A DNA stretch of 64,000 nt from Owenia fusiformis (taxonomy: Eukaryota). The translations under genes and the position numbers were made by a program. Positions 54,601 to 60,671 of the stretch are shown piece by piece. The notes under the pieces are model-generated. The model made no database searches and was not told where the DNA came from. It saw nothing but the letters and a program-made list of their open reading frames with translations. Position 1 is the first letter of the stretch; every line of letters starts with the position of its first letter. The stretch is from contig CAIIXF020000001.1 of assembly GCA_903813345.2 (NCBI GenBank), positions 31,806,001 to 31,870,000 on the forward strand, given 5' to 3'.

Positions 54601-57600
54601 CCAATTCATAACTTATGGCAATGGTATCATTAATATTTAAAAATCCTATCCTGTCACCAGGCCTAACTCGAATTTTCCCATACTGAATGTCAACCTAAAA
54701 GAAAGGAAAAATGCTCAATGTGTTTTAGTCTATAATGGTTTTTATATTATATACTGTTTATTATTATGGTATGAATATGATTGAACAAGTGAGGCAGTAT
54801 GTTGTGAGGTATTATTTCCTTTCTTCAAATTGCTTCTCAATCTAGATTTTAGTGAACTTTTTATTTCTCCAGACAAGATGTTTAAAGACTTTATTAGACA
54901 ATTTTCGAAATATCAAATTGACTAACAGTATGTTTTCCAGGGCCACTTGGATTATAGTATTGTTGAGCAACAAGTGTCAATTCAAGTTGCGCCTCTGTTG
55001 CTAACGTGTTCATTTGACGCCATATTTGGAACCATACAGGATTGGCTCTGATGAAATAAGCTGTGAACTGAACAATGGTGCCATCAACTTCCACTTTGTT
55101 ATCATCTAAGATAAAAACGGTATAGCCAGCCCCAGGTAGATTCTCACCTCCTGGTACTCCATTTATTGGATGACCTACAAAGCCCAACCCTAAAGAAAAA
55201 TGTAAAATGTTGTTTTAGAATGTATAAACCTCATTTTCTCAGACTGAAAATTAAGTAGACATTAGTTTGTAAACCCTGGAAAGTAAATTGTAAAATGAAT
55301 GTAACCCACTGTTATTACCACCTTCTGATTTTAATCAATTTTAAATATAACACTTGTATTCATGCAACGCTTTCTGAACTTATCTGCAACAGACAAAAAA
55401 TGGAGATTAAACATAAAAGACATGGTCTGACATATGAATTGCTAATGTACAGCACTATTATACCTTCTGTCAGAACCGATGTTCAAATATAGCTGTACTA
55501 TATTATATAGCTTCAATACTTTGGGTCTGATCAACTTAATAATAACATATTTTTTATTGATTTAATTTTTGGATGATGTTACTTCTGATCAAAAGGGTAT
55601 TCGGAAGAATAGAGCTTTACTCATTCAAATTAAGTATGCTTATACCTAATGGAGAAAATAGGATCTCTGCTCAAAAAGGAATTTTCAATTTAGCCACTCA
55701 TTTCTAGTCCTCTTTTTCATAAGAAATGTAAAGCTGATGGTTTAGTTAAAATACCCTATGCCGATAAATTTTCAAGATAGCCAATGAATTCAAAACTGGC
55801 CACCATTTTCAGAAAAAAATGTAAATTTAATATTCAAATCTAAATTTTCACTCTAAATTTTAATTCAGATGGCTGCCACTTCTTATGAAGGACTATTTTT
55901 TGAAAACTGTAAAACCAGATATCAATATGCAAAACTTGAATAAATAATTAGCATGGTTTGTTGACACTATCTTACCTTCTGGGGGAATGCTGTCCTCCAC
56001 AATGCAGCCTTGATCCTCTGTTTGGTTTGTACACATTTCACCTTCCCAGCCAGGAAGACATATGATGCTGCCATCACTTTCATCGCACATATAATGGCCC
56101 CCACAATCATCTTTAGGTTCACAATACACATCACATGTATCATTGAAGAAATTATCCTCACATTCACATGTAAAGTTGTTATCTTCTCCATCGATGCATG
56201 TAGCATTATTCTGGCATGGATTTGGATCACACATATTAATGTTGGTTTCATTGCATGCTTTTCCTTCAAAACCTAAACAAAATACAATATTTGATATTAA
56301 GGACAATGTATTTTCTTATGACATGCAAAGTATATTAATTAACCTCTTGAATTCTAGGCTCTAAAATTGGTTGAAACCAGAGAATTTTTCATTTTTGCCA
56401 CCTTGTGATATTTTGCTACATACCTATACAACCTTAGATGCTCAACTTAGTAAAATTAGACAGCAGAGATCATTTCTACACATTTAAAACAATTTTTGTG
56501 TAAATTGGAAAACATTTGTTCAAATAAGAGCAGTTTTAGTGAAAAATGTTTGAAAAGTTTTTTTCTTTATGGTGAAAAGTGTTTAAAATAATGAAAACTA
56601 ACATGAGGAGCGATTTGTCTACATGTAGTCTACCTTTTATTGCAAAGATTTTATGTAAACAATGCACTCACCATCTGCACAGCAGCAGTAAAAGTCATCC
56701 GACTCAGATCCATTCCTTACACATGTTGCATTGTTCAAGCAAGCATCAACATTTACTGTAATTAGTCAGAAAAATTAGTTATTTGTTTTACTTCATGTTA
56801 GAGTTTTTATTGTTTTGTACCATGATATTGTTAAATGTTATTCTATGTTGTTTTTGTTCGGTTATTGTTAAATCGATTCAAACTTCAAATACATGTAATA
56901 TATATAATATATTGATGGTCACAGATTTTTATCCAGATATCTTTTGTGCAATAGTTGGAAGTAATTTACTTATTAATACCTCTCTGCCAGTAACTAGCAA
57001 TAGGAAACTCCTTAAAGTCCCTGACTGTGTCATTAAATTTTGCCAGTTCAAGTCCCAGTTGTTCCATCTCAAATGGTGTTTCAATGTGTGCGAAAGATGC
57101 ATTGAAAGAGGCACATGTCGCATTGGCATTTGCATGTGAGGTTTGCCAATCCAAATTCATGAAGTAGCAACTCTGCCCAACTGTAATAGTGAAACCACTT
57201 GGGCATTCTGAAAAGTAAATTGGATTTTTAAATATATGTACACACTGCAAATTAATTGAATGATTAATTTAATACTTGCCTATTATTACTATTCTAAATA
57301 AAAGTAATAAAAAATTGTTGGTCAGAGACAAATACAACATGGCCACACATTACCTGATCCCTCCTTCGGTACTTCACATAATGTCTGGGTTGTACCGGTA
57401 CATCCTTCAAATTTATGGATGAAGGTAGATCGTGATTCGCCACGGAAACGCCAGTTTGTGACTATCAAACACTCTGTAATGAAGAATGTAAACTTTATTA
57501 CACAATGTACAAATAATGTTGTAATAGTTTAGAGTATATTTATATTTGTTATTCATAAAAAAAATTAGAGTATATCTCGTATATTTGTTATTTATAAAAA

Positions 57601-60556
57601 AATCAAAGTTTAATGTTTCTTAACAGGTTTCCATTTTCATAATATGGTCAGCGGCGTGCGTCTATGCGGTAGCTAGGCGTCGTCGGCAGTCAAAAAACAA
57701 TGAGTGTTTATTTTTAAAAAGTGATCTTTTTCTTTTTTTCCAATTCTACATTTACATAATTTTTATACATGTATCACATTTTTGTTTTCTTATTAGCAAA
57801 TATAATTTTATCAACGTTTTTCCATGCACATACATTCATAAATGTGATGTTCAACATTGTCTAATACATTAAAAATTACCAAAATAGAAAATTCTTTGAT
57901 TTTAAAACAATTTAAAATCGCATTGCAAGGATACATATTTGTAATGTAATGTTTTATTACTTAATACCAGTTGTTGGATTTTGGTTTTACATGTTGTCCC
58001 TAACCTGCTCCAAAAATAGTGAAGTGTCATTGTTAGGTACTCGACAACAAGGACTAAACATACCATTTCAAAGTACTAACTTCCCTTTTGAAAATATATT
58101 TCATTTTGATTGTAACAGGGGCTTTTGCCTCTAATATGGGGTCACACATTGTTGCCTTAAAAAAACTTATTGTACAGGGAGGGCCAAAAAACGCCACTTT
58201 TTTTCAAGACACTATAACTTTTTTATTTTCCAACCTACATACCCCAAATTTTGCAGTTATATAGTGCCAAGGATTCTTAGTAATAATATAATGTAACAAG
58301 TCCTTCAACTGGGATTATATTTGATCTAAAAAGAGGAGTTCAATTGGTCCGCCACCCCATTTGATGATAGATTTTAGTCGCCTTGCTGATATAGCAGTAT
58401 TAATGAAATGCTAGCTATATTTTTTTCAACGTGTCTTGATTGCCAGCTTTAGTTAAGCAATTTTTTAGATTGGGTGCCTTCATACCATCTCCTGGAGACC
58501 TCCCCATACTCTATACTCACTTGGGTTTGAATTAGGGCTATTAGCTGGCGGTCATCAGGGCGTATCAGTTTAGGAACATTTTGCAAATTATGCTTATTTC
58601 TCATTGCACACCACATGTTTAAGTGAGACGCTGGTGACATATTTTATTCAAGTAAAAGTGTATAATTCATGATCAATGGCTAGATAACAACCTCAAGTCT
58701 CATTTGGTATGTAAATTATGATTTTGTATCAAAAATTAAAAAAGTTATAGCATTTTGAAAAAAAGCGGCGGTTTTTTTGGCCCACCCTGTATATATTTTA
58801 ACTTTTTCCAAATAACTGCATTTCAAGGATGATATCAATTGGTTCCCACAGGATACAAATGTCTGCAACAGTAAAAAATCTGTAAAACGCGATGTTTTGG
58901 TGAGGATAGTCTTGATGAAATTGAATTTGTTGCCATAACTTTCAATTTTAAACATAGGCAAGGCAATGTTACATTTATTAAATTTTATAAATACCAACCT
59001 TCTATATCTACATTTGATGTAATAGACTTTGGTATAATTTCTTCAACAGTACACAATGGCTCTTCAGATTGAATGTTACACGCATCACCTGTCCATCCAC
59101 TTAAGCAATCAAAACTGCCATCAGTTTCATCACAAGTGTAGTGGCCACCACAATCATCTCTTGGTTCACAATATGTGCCACATGTTTTATTAAAAAAGTT
59201 ATCCGTACAATTACAATTGAAGGTGTTACCCTCAGTGAAACATTGAGCATTGTTTTGGCATGGATTTGGATTACACATGTCAATGATATCTTCACAATTT
59301 GTTCCACTATATCCTAGTGTGCAGTTGCAAGTGTAAGAATCTGCTGTATCAATACATGTTCCATTGTTCTGACAGGGATCAAATGCACACTCATCCTTCT
59401 CAATCTGGCATCTATCTCCCTCAAAGCCTAAAACATCATAATATATCATGAAATGAAATAACAATACATGTATACAATAATTTATTCACTTTTGCAGGTT
59501 AAATGACCCAATTCACTTTTCTTGTTATAAATGGTCTGAATATATATGACTTTTCAGGAATATATTAAAGTTGTACTAAAACACAGCTTGTGATATTTCC
59601 CCACGCAGCATGATTTATTAAGATAAGACTATCAACCTCTGAAATGTTGTTATTTTCGCGCACTTTTTGAGGTCACCTGACCATGACGTACTGTGTGCCA
59701 AGTTATTCTGGCGCTAAATCGAAAAGTTGTTGATGCAAACTACTACGAAGGCTGAACCAAAGTAGAAATATACATTAGTTCCACATTCGCAAGCACTCCA
59801 ATAGCCAAATAAATATTTTTAGTTGATTTCTCAAAAATAAATTCTTGAGGCAATATTATTCATTACCATATATAGATAGAAAATGTTAACCAGATAATTA
59901 TATTTTGGCCTTAAAGCATTATATTCAGGTTAAAATGTTTTAACACTGGCAATGTTTGCTGTTACATAAATTACTTGCTTTCAATAGCATTTCAGCTCGA
60001 TTGATTCTGCACTCAATTGCAAGTGATATTATACCCTTTGCAAAATTGATGAGAATAGCCTCTATCATGCAATAATTGGCTCAACGTAAGAGCAAATAAC
60101 TCGATTTTGAAAGCCATGGTTTCATTTTTATCTACAAAATCGTAATTCGTGGCAAATTGTTTCAACCACACACATCAACTCTCTGCTCTGGAAAGAAATC
60201 AGTTTTGCCGCGAAAAAAGACACCTGCTGACTTTATATCCCCGATATCATGATAAAAAGAACTTTTGGAATTGTTTTTTTTATTAAGATTTTATTTCATT
60301 ACAAGATATGACATTATACATCCCTTCAATCGCCATTTTGGAATTGTTGATGGCTCACCATCATAAAGTGTTGCCTTCATACGTTAAGATAGCATGAATA
60401 TATCTAAATCAAGTAAATTGGGTAGAGTACAACTTTAATCAACCATCTACATGTAGTATGAAGTATACCTACCTTGGGCACAGCAGCAGTATGTGTCATT
60501 TGCACTTGTGCCATTATGTACACATGTTCCATTGTTTAAACAAATATCAACTTGTA
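550..60556 (-). CDS. Giant type I membrane mosaic protein (EGF / DSL-like / C-type lectin / VWA / PAN / SEA-like repeats / TM), 51 exons in window, partial at both ends
   Basis: Exons joined manually; each has an AG acceptor and a GT (once GC) donor, and phases match neighbour to neighbour with no stops. Summed length about 13,141 nt. Confidence 0.88.
978..1076. mobile_element. Short (about 100 bp) foldback MITE
   Basis: Inverted arms TCTTGCTTCAAGACCCT / AGGGTCTTGAAGCAAGA with inner CCTTATCTA/TAGATAAGG. Confidence 0.6.
1309..2836. mobile_element. Non-autonomous Tc1/mariner (pogo/Tigger-like) element
   Basis: TA|CAGTAAAACCTGTG...CACAGGTTTTACTG|TA; repeated GTTCACT subterminal motifs. Confidence 0.8.
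1807..2411. mobile_element. PIF/Harbinger-like MITE nested in the 1309-2836 element
   Basis: TIR GGGGTCATTAACAGAACTTTCGCAAAGTTACGAA on both ends, 3-bp CAG duplication, internal TTACGAA/TTCGTAA repeats. Confidence 0.8.
3503..3668 (-). CDS. Exon 50: last repeat half + juxtamembrane stalk
   Basis: [13 protein letters not shown]...DRVINNALQ; 166 nt, phase 2-0. Confidence 0.8.
3985..4051 (-). CDS. Exon 49: repeat micro-exon
   Basis: [23 protein letters not shown]; 67 nt. Confidence 0.8.
4314..4552 (-). CDS. Exon 48: repeat long exon
   Basis: [14 protein letters not shown]...[10 protein letters not shown]; 239 nt. Confidence 0.85.
4953..5025 (-). CDS. Exon 47: repeat micro-exon
   Basis: [25 protein letters not shown]; 73 nt. 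Confidence 0.8.
5277..5543 (-). CDS. Exon 46: micro-exon segment fused with repeat long exon
   Basis: [14 protein letters not shown]...KVTYIA...[14 protein letters not shown]; 267 nt, phase 1-1. Confidence 0.85.
5757..5789. repeat. (CTAGGA)n hexamer microsatellite
   Basis: about 5 tandem copies. Confidence 0.85.
6235..6485 (-). CDS. Exon 45: repeat long exon
   Basis: [15 protein letters not shown]...[14 protein letters not shown]; 251 nt. Confidence 0.85.
6695..6746 (-). CDS. Exon 44: repeat micro-exon
   Basis: [18 protein letters not shown]; 52 nt. Confidence 0.78.
6916..7151 (-). CDS. Exon 43: repeat long exon
   Basis: [14 protein letters not shown]...[10 protein letters not shown]; 236 nt. 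Confidence 0.85.
8071..9123 (+). mobile_element. Internally deleted mariner element with transposase remnant
   Basis: TA|CCAGGTCGTTCAATAAGTTCATGC...GCATGAACTTATTGAACGACCTGG|TA, about 190-bp TIRs; internal ORF LQKKRP...FHQDNVPCH...QVAYSP resembles mariner HDNAxxH and YSPDL motifs. Confidence 0.85.
9170..9487 (+). mobile_element. tRNA-derived SINE
   Basis: Pol III A box TGGCTCAGTGG, B box GGTTCGATTCC, non-tRNA body, (AAT)n tail. Confidence 0.75.
10354..10411 (-). CDS. Exon 42: repeat micro-exon
   Basis: [20 protein letters not shown]; 58 nt. Confidence 0.78.
10466..11184. mobile_element. Tc1-like MITE
   Basis: TA|CAAGGTGGTCCAAAAAGTGAAC...GTTCACTTTTTGAGCCACCCTG|TA. Confidence 0.7.
11362..11645 (-). 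CDS. Exon 41: repeat long exon with RKKR site and GC donor
   Basis: [10 protein letters not shown]...[11 protein letters not shown]...[17 protein letters not shown]; 284 nt. Confidence 0.83.
11819..11870 (-). CDS. Exon 40: repeat micro-exon
   Basis: [18 protein letters not shown]; 52 nt. Confidence 0.8.
12018..12343. mobile_element. Kolobok-like MITE
   Basis: TTAA|AGGTGCAACAA...TTGTTGCCCCT|TTAA. Confidence 0.6.
12576..12829 (-). CDS. Exon 39: repeat long exon
   Basis: [14 protein letters not shown]...[10 protein letters not shown]; 254 nt. Confidence 0.85.
13746..14087 (-). CDS. Exon 38: repeat long exon fused with the next micro-exon segment
   Basis: [11 protein letters not shown]...[13 protein letters not shown]...[15 protein letters not shown]; 342 nt, phase 2-2. 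Confidence 0.85.
14186..14246 (-). CDS. Exon 37: repeat micro-exon
   Basis: [21 protein letters not shown]; 61 nt. Confidence 0.8.
14526..14923. mobile_element. Non-autonomous DNA element with CCCGGGG ends
   Basis: Flanked by duplicated ATGACGT (7 bp, extendable to 9); imperfect TIRs with inner TATGTGC.GCAC / GTGCAGCACATA. Confidence 0.65.
15072..15367 (-). CDS. Exon 36: repeat long exon
   Basis: [14 protein letters not shown]...[15 protein letters not shown]; 296 nt. Confidence 0.85.
15475..15668 (+). mobile_element. Short Helentron/HINE-like element
   Basis: TTATCCCAACGAAC start, GTTCGGTGGGATT subterminal repeat, 3' hairpin GCTACTTCATGGAGTTGC. Confidence 0.55.
15697..15766 (-). CDS. Exon 35: repeat micro-exon
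   Basis: [24 protein letters not shown]; 70 nt. Confidence 0.78.
16984..17249 (-). CDS. Exon 34: repeat long exon
   Basis: [13 protein letters not shown]...[14 protein letters not shown]; 266 nt. Confidence 0.85.
17482..17554 (-). CDS. Exon 33: repeat micro-exon
   Basis: [25 protein letters not shown]; 73 nt. Confidence 0.8.
18041..18273 (-). CDS. Exon 32: repeat long exon
   Basis: [14 protein letters not shown]...[14 protein letters not shown]; 233 nt, donor GTAGGA. Confidence 0.8.
18459..18516 (-). CDS. Exon 31: repeat micro-exon
   Basis: [20 protein letters not shown]; 58 nt. Confidence 0.8.
18623..18894 (-). CDS. Exon 30: repeat long exon
   Basis: [14 protein letters not shown]...[17 protein letters not shown]; 272 nt. 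Confidence 0.83.
19060..19129 (-). CDS. Exon 29: repeat micro-exon
   Basis: [24 protein letters not shown]; 70 nt, phase 1-2. Confidence 0.78.
20061..21066. mobile_element. Putative non-autonomous TIR element
   Basis: TGTATCAAAATTGGACAT ... ATGTCCAATTTTGATACA inverted pair; internal short GATGCGAGTTTCGCA repeats; true ends uncertain. Confidence 0.5.
21728..21834. mobile_element. Short foldback MITE
   Basis: CCTGGTTCTTACCTAGA ... TCTAGGTAAGGACCAGG. Confidence 0.55.
23247..24676 (+). mobile_element. Helentron-associated (HINE/DINE-like) element with internal tandem repeats
   Basis: Subterminal IR ATCCCATCGAAC/GTTCGATGGGAT, (GTCC)n microsatellite, about 7 core repeats (AGTAGTGGAGCGATTTTGTTCATAT), 3' hairpin GCTACGC..GCGTTGC. 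Confidence 0.75.
25129..25377 (-). CDS. Exon 28: PAN/apple-like domain
   Basis: [27 protein letters not shown] pattern; 249 nt, phase 1-1. Confidence 0.82.
25729..26332. mobile_element. Transib-like foldback MITE
   Basis: AGTAT|CACCCTTGGTATACGC...GCGTATACCAAGGGTG|AGTAT; over 200-bp near-perfect arms; 5-bp TSD. Confidence 0.85.
26622..27334 (-). mobile_element. Second copy of the HINE-like family, inverted
   Basis: Reverse complement of the 23247 element ends and core, with fewer core repeats. Confidence 0.78.
27658..27917 (-). CDS. Exon 27: repeat long exon
   Basis: [19 protein letters not shown]...[14 protein letters not shown]; 260 nt. Confidence 0.85.
29242..29299 (-). CDS. Exon 26: repeat micro-exon
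   Basis: [20 protein letters not shown]; 58 nt, phase 1-2. Confidence 0.8.
29612..30181 (-). CDS. Exon 25: von Willebrand factor A (VWA) domain
   Basis: [12 protein letters not shown] (DxSxS), GSTNT, LLITDG = complete MIDAS set; flanking Cys pair; 570 nt, phase 1-1. Confidence 0.93.
30414..30846. mobile_element. Transib-like foldback MITE
   Basis: ATAAT|CACTGGTACTCACCTAGTTACG...CGTAACTAGGTGAGTACCAGTG|ATAAT; about 140-bp arms. Confidence 0.85.
30871..31136 (-). CDS. Exon 24: repeat long exon
   Basis: [11 protein letters not shown]...[14 protein letters not shown]; 266 nt, phase 2-1. Confidence 0.85.
31357..31426 (-). CDS. Exon 23: repeat micro-exon
   Basis: [24 protein letters not shown]; 70 nt, phase 1-2. 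Confidence 0.8.
31738..32013 (-). CDS. Exon 22: last EGF + start of SEA-like repeat region
   Basis: [16 protein letters not shown]...CASSPC...QNCQIPPP...[18 protein letters not shown]; 276 nt. Confidence 0.9.
32165..32767 (-). CDS. Exon 21: 5 EGF repeats
   Basis: 603 nt, phase 1-1, canonical six-Cys spacing. Confidence 0.92.
32904..32981 (-). CDS. Exon 20: CCC-type EGF
   Basis: [27 protein letters not shown], 78 nt. Confidence 0.88.
33434..33778 (-). CDS. Exon 19: WxGxYxC beta-barrel-like domain, copy 4
   Basis: [14 protein letters not shown]...[17 protein letters not shown]...[11 protein letters not shown]; 345 nt. Confidence 0.85.
34034..35503 (-). CDS. Exon 18: 11 EGF repeats + DSL-like module + lone Cys
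   Basis: 1470-nt open exon ending [34 protein letters not shown]...DFCP. Confidence 0.93.
34441..34720 (-). repeat. 120-nt coding tandem repeat (one EGF per unit)
   Basis: [28 protein letters not shown] repeated almost identically. Confidence 0.85.
35759..35827 (-). CDS. Exon 17: CCC-type EGF
   Basis: [24 protein letters not shown], 69 nt. Confidence 0.88.
36563..39617. mobile_element. Kolobok-like element with nested insertion
   Basis: TTAA|GGTAGAACTTCA...TGAAGTTCTACC|TTAA. Confidence 0.75.
37709..39333 (+). mobile_element. Helentron/HINE-like element (second family) nested in the Kolobok-like element
   Basis: 5' AGACTCCAGATT..ATCTGGAGTCT palindrome, (TTA)n, about 480-bp internal tandem duplication, 3' ATCTGGAGTCT + hairpin AATTGAAC..GTTCAATT + CTAGTT. 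Confidence 0.65.
40123..40449 (-). CDS. Exon 16: WxGxYxC beta-barrel-like domain, copy 3
   Basis: [14 protein letters not shown]...[11 protein letters not shown]...MDCDD; 327 nt. Confidence 0.85.
40725..41708 (+). mobile_element. HINE-like element
   Basis: CTCCCAACAAATGAAGTTC start, GTCCGTCT microsatellite, 3' hairpin GCTACTCCATGGAGTTGC..CTAGTT. Confidence 0.6.
42002..42260 (-). CDS. Exon 15: EGF + DSL-like module + lone Cys
   Basis: PLGCNSDPC...[34 protein letters not shown]...SHCP; 259 nt, phase 0-1. Confidence 0.9.
43037..44283. mobile_element. Tc1-like non-autonomous element
   Basis: TA|CAGGGTGACCCAAAAAC...TTTTTGGTCACCCTG. Confidence 0.6.
44360..44463 (-). CDS. Exon 14: CCC-type EGF
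   Basis: [35 protein letters not shown]|gtaagt; 104 nt, phase 1-0. Confidence 0.88.
44655..44981 (-). CDS. Exon 13: WxGxYxC beta-barrel-like domain, copy 2
   Basis: [24 protein letters not shown]...PGEWINEG...DECNP; 327 nt, phase 1-1. Confidence 0.85.
45098..45931. mobile_element. Transib-like foldback MITE
   Basis: GTAAT|CACAGGCTGGTATCGAAA...TTTCGATACCAGCCTGTG|GTAAT; about 400-bp arms. Confidence 0.85.
46227..47050. mobile_element. Kolobok-like element
   Basis: TTAA|AGGCCCCATATAAAGTTT...AAACTTTAGACGGGGACT|TTAA. Confidence 0.55.
47519..49219 (-). CDS. Exon 12: 13 EGF repeats + DSL-like module + lone Cys
   Basis: 1701-nt open exon ending [35 protein letters not shown]...STCPP. Confidence 0.93.
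48426..49055 (-). repeat. 234-nt coding tandem repeat (two EGFs per unit), about 2.7 copies
   Basis: Unit starts at 48426, 48660 and 48894; near-identical nucleotide sequence. Confidence 0.92.
49285..49614. mobile_element. Tc1-like MITE
   Basis: TA|CAGGGTGGGCCAAAAA...TTTTTGGACTACCCTG|TA. Confidence 0.65.
49890..50018 (-). CDS. Exon 11: calcium-binding-type EGF
   Basis: [44 protein letters not shown] (DINEC and CxNxxGSF motifs); 129 nt. Confidence 0.9.
50278..50361 (-). CDS. Exon 10: CCC-type EGF
   Basis: [29 protein letters not shown], 84 nt. Confidence 0.9.
50475..51050. repeat. Intronic minisatellite, about 120-135-bp unit, 4-5 copies
   Basis: Recurrent TTTGAACTTCTGAGAACTTG..GGTCAATTTGAAG..GACCTTGAGAAGGTCA. 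Confidence 0.75.
51686..52015 (-). CDS. Exon 9: WxGxYxC beta-barrel-like domain, copy 1
   Basis: [13 protein letters not shown]...[21 protein letters not shown]; 330 nt, phase 1-1. Confidence 0.85.
52337..53755. mobile_element. Tc1-like element carrying a nested half-MITE
   Basis: TA|CAGGGTGTTCCAAAAGTAACAGGACTGGTGCTGG...CCAGCACCAGTCCTGTTACTTTTGAAACACCCTG|TA. Confidence 0.8.
52788..53216 (-). mobile_element. Single arm of the 45098-45931 MITE family
   Basis: Reverse complement of about 45098-45525, near-identical. Confidence 0.8.
53937..54119. repeat. Local tandem duplication (about 100 bp)
   Basis: ATAGATAACAGGTAGGCAGTAGATGTCCTCAAG...CATGTAATGAAATA present twice. Confidence 0.8.
54472..54694 (-). 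CDS. Exon 8: Cys-free beta-rich insert domain, second half
   Basis: [20 protein letters not shown]...[10 protein letters not shown]; 223 nt, phase 0-1. Confidence 0.85.
54927..55189 (-). CDS. Exon 7: Cys-free beta-rich insert domain, first half
   Basis: GLGFVGHP...[24 protein letters not shown]...GKHT; 263 nt, phase 1-0. Confidence 0.85.
55976..56272 (-). CDS. Exon 6: EGF + DSL-like module + lone Cys
   Basis: [35 protein letters not shown]...QGC; 297 nt. Confidence 0.9.
56672..56755 (-). CDS. Exon 5: CCC-type EGF
   Basis: [29 protein letters not shown], 84 nt, phase 1-1. Confidence 0.9.
56980..57207 (-). CDS. Exon 4: N-terminal half of a C-type lectin-like domain
   Basis: [16 protein letters not shown]...[24 protein letters not shown]...SYWQR; 228 nt, phase 1-1. 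Confidence 0.85.
57354..57473 (-). CDS. Exon 3: C-terminal half of a C-type lectin-like domain
   Basis: [40 protein letters not shown]; 120 nt, phase 1-1, acag|...|gtaa. Confidence 0.8.
58175..58789. mobile_element. Tc1-like MITE
   Basis: TA|CAGGGAGGGCCAAAAAACGCC...GGCGGTTTTTTTGGCCCACCCTG|TA. Confidence 0.72.
58999..59427 (-). CDS. Exon 2: 2 EGF + DSL-like module + lone Cys
   Basis: GFEGDRC...[35 protein letters not shown]...PLC; 429 nt, donor GTTGGT. Confidence 0.88.
60473..60556 (-). CDS. Exon 1 (in window): atypical CCC-type EGF
   Basis: tttcag|..[28 protein letters not shown]|gtagg, 84 nt, phase 1-1. Confidence 0.9.
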
Positions 60557-60671
60557 CTGAAAATATATTAAACAAAAATAAACAAAATGAAGTATTTTTA
60601 ATTTATTTTAAATCTGAGCAATCTTGCACAGTTCTTTCACACATACAATAGAATTTCCAATGAAACCCTTT

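Noticed and set aside
57480..58990. Search for a missing N-terminal CTLD exon
   Set aside because: Open stretches near 57968-58053, 58449-58640 and 58716-58997 lack CTLD motifs or fall in a MITE.
550..60556. Calling the gene Notch, Delta, Jagged/Serrate or Crumbs
   Set aside because: No LNR, ankyrin, laminin-G or VWC modules seen; five modified DSL-like units and the stalk repeats match none of these, so no gene symbol is given.
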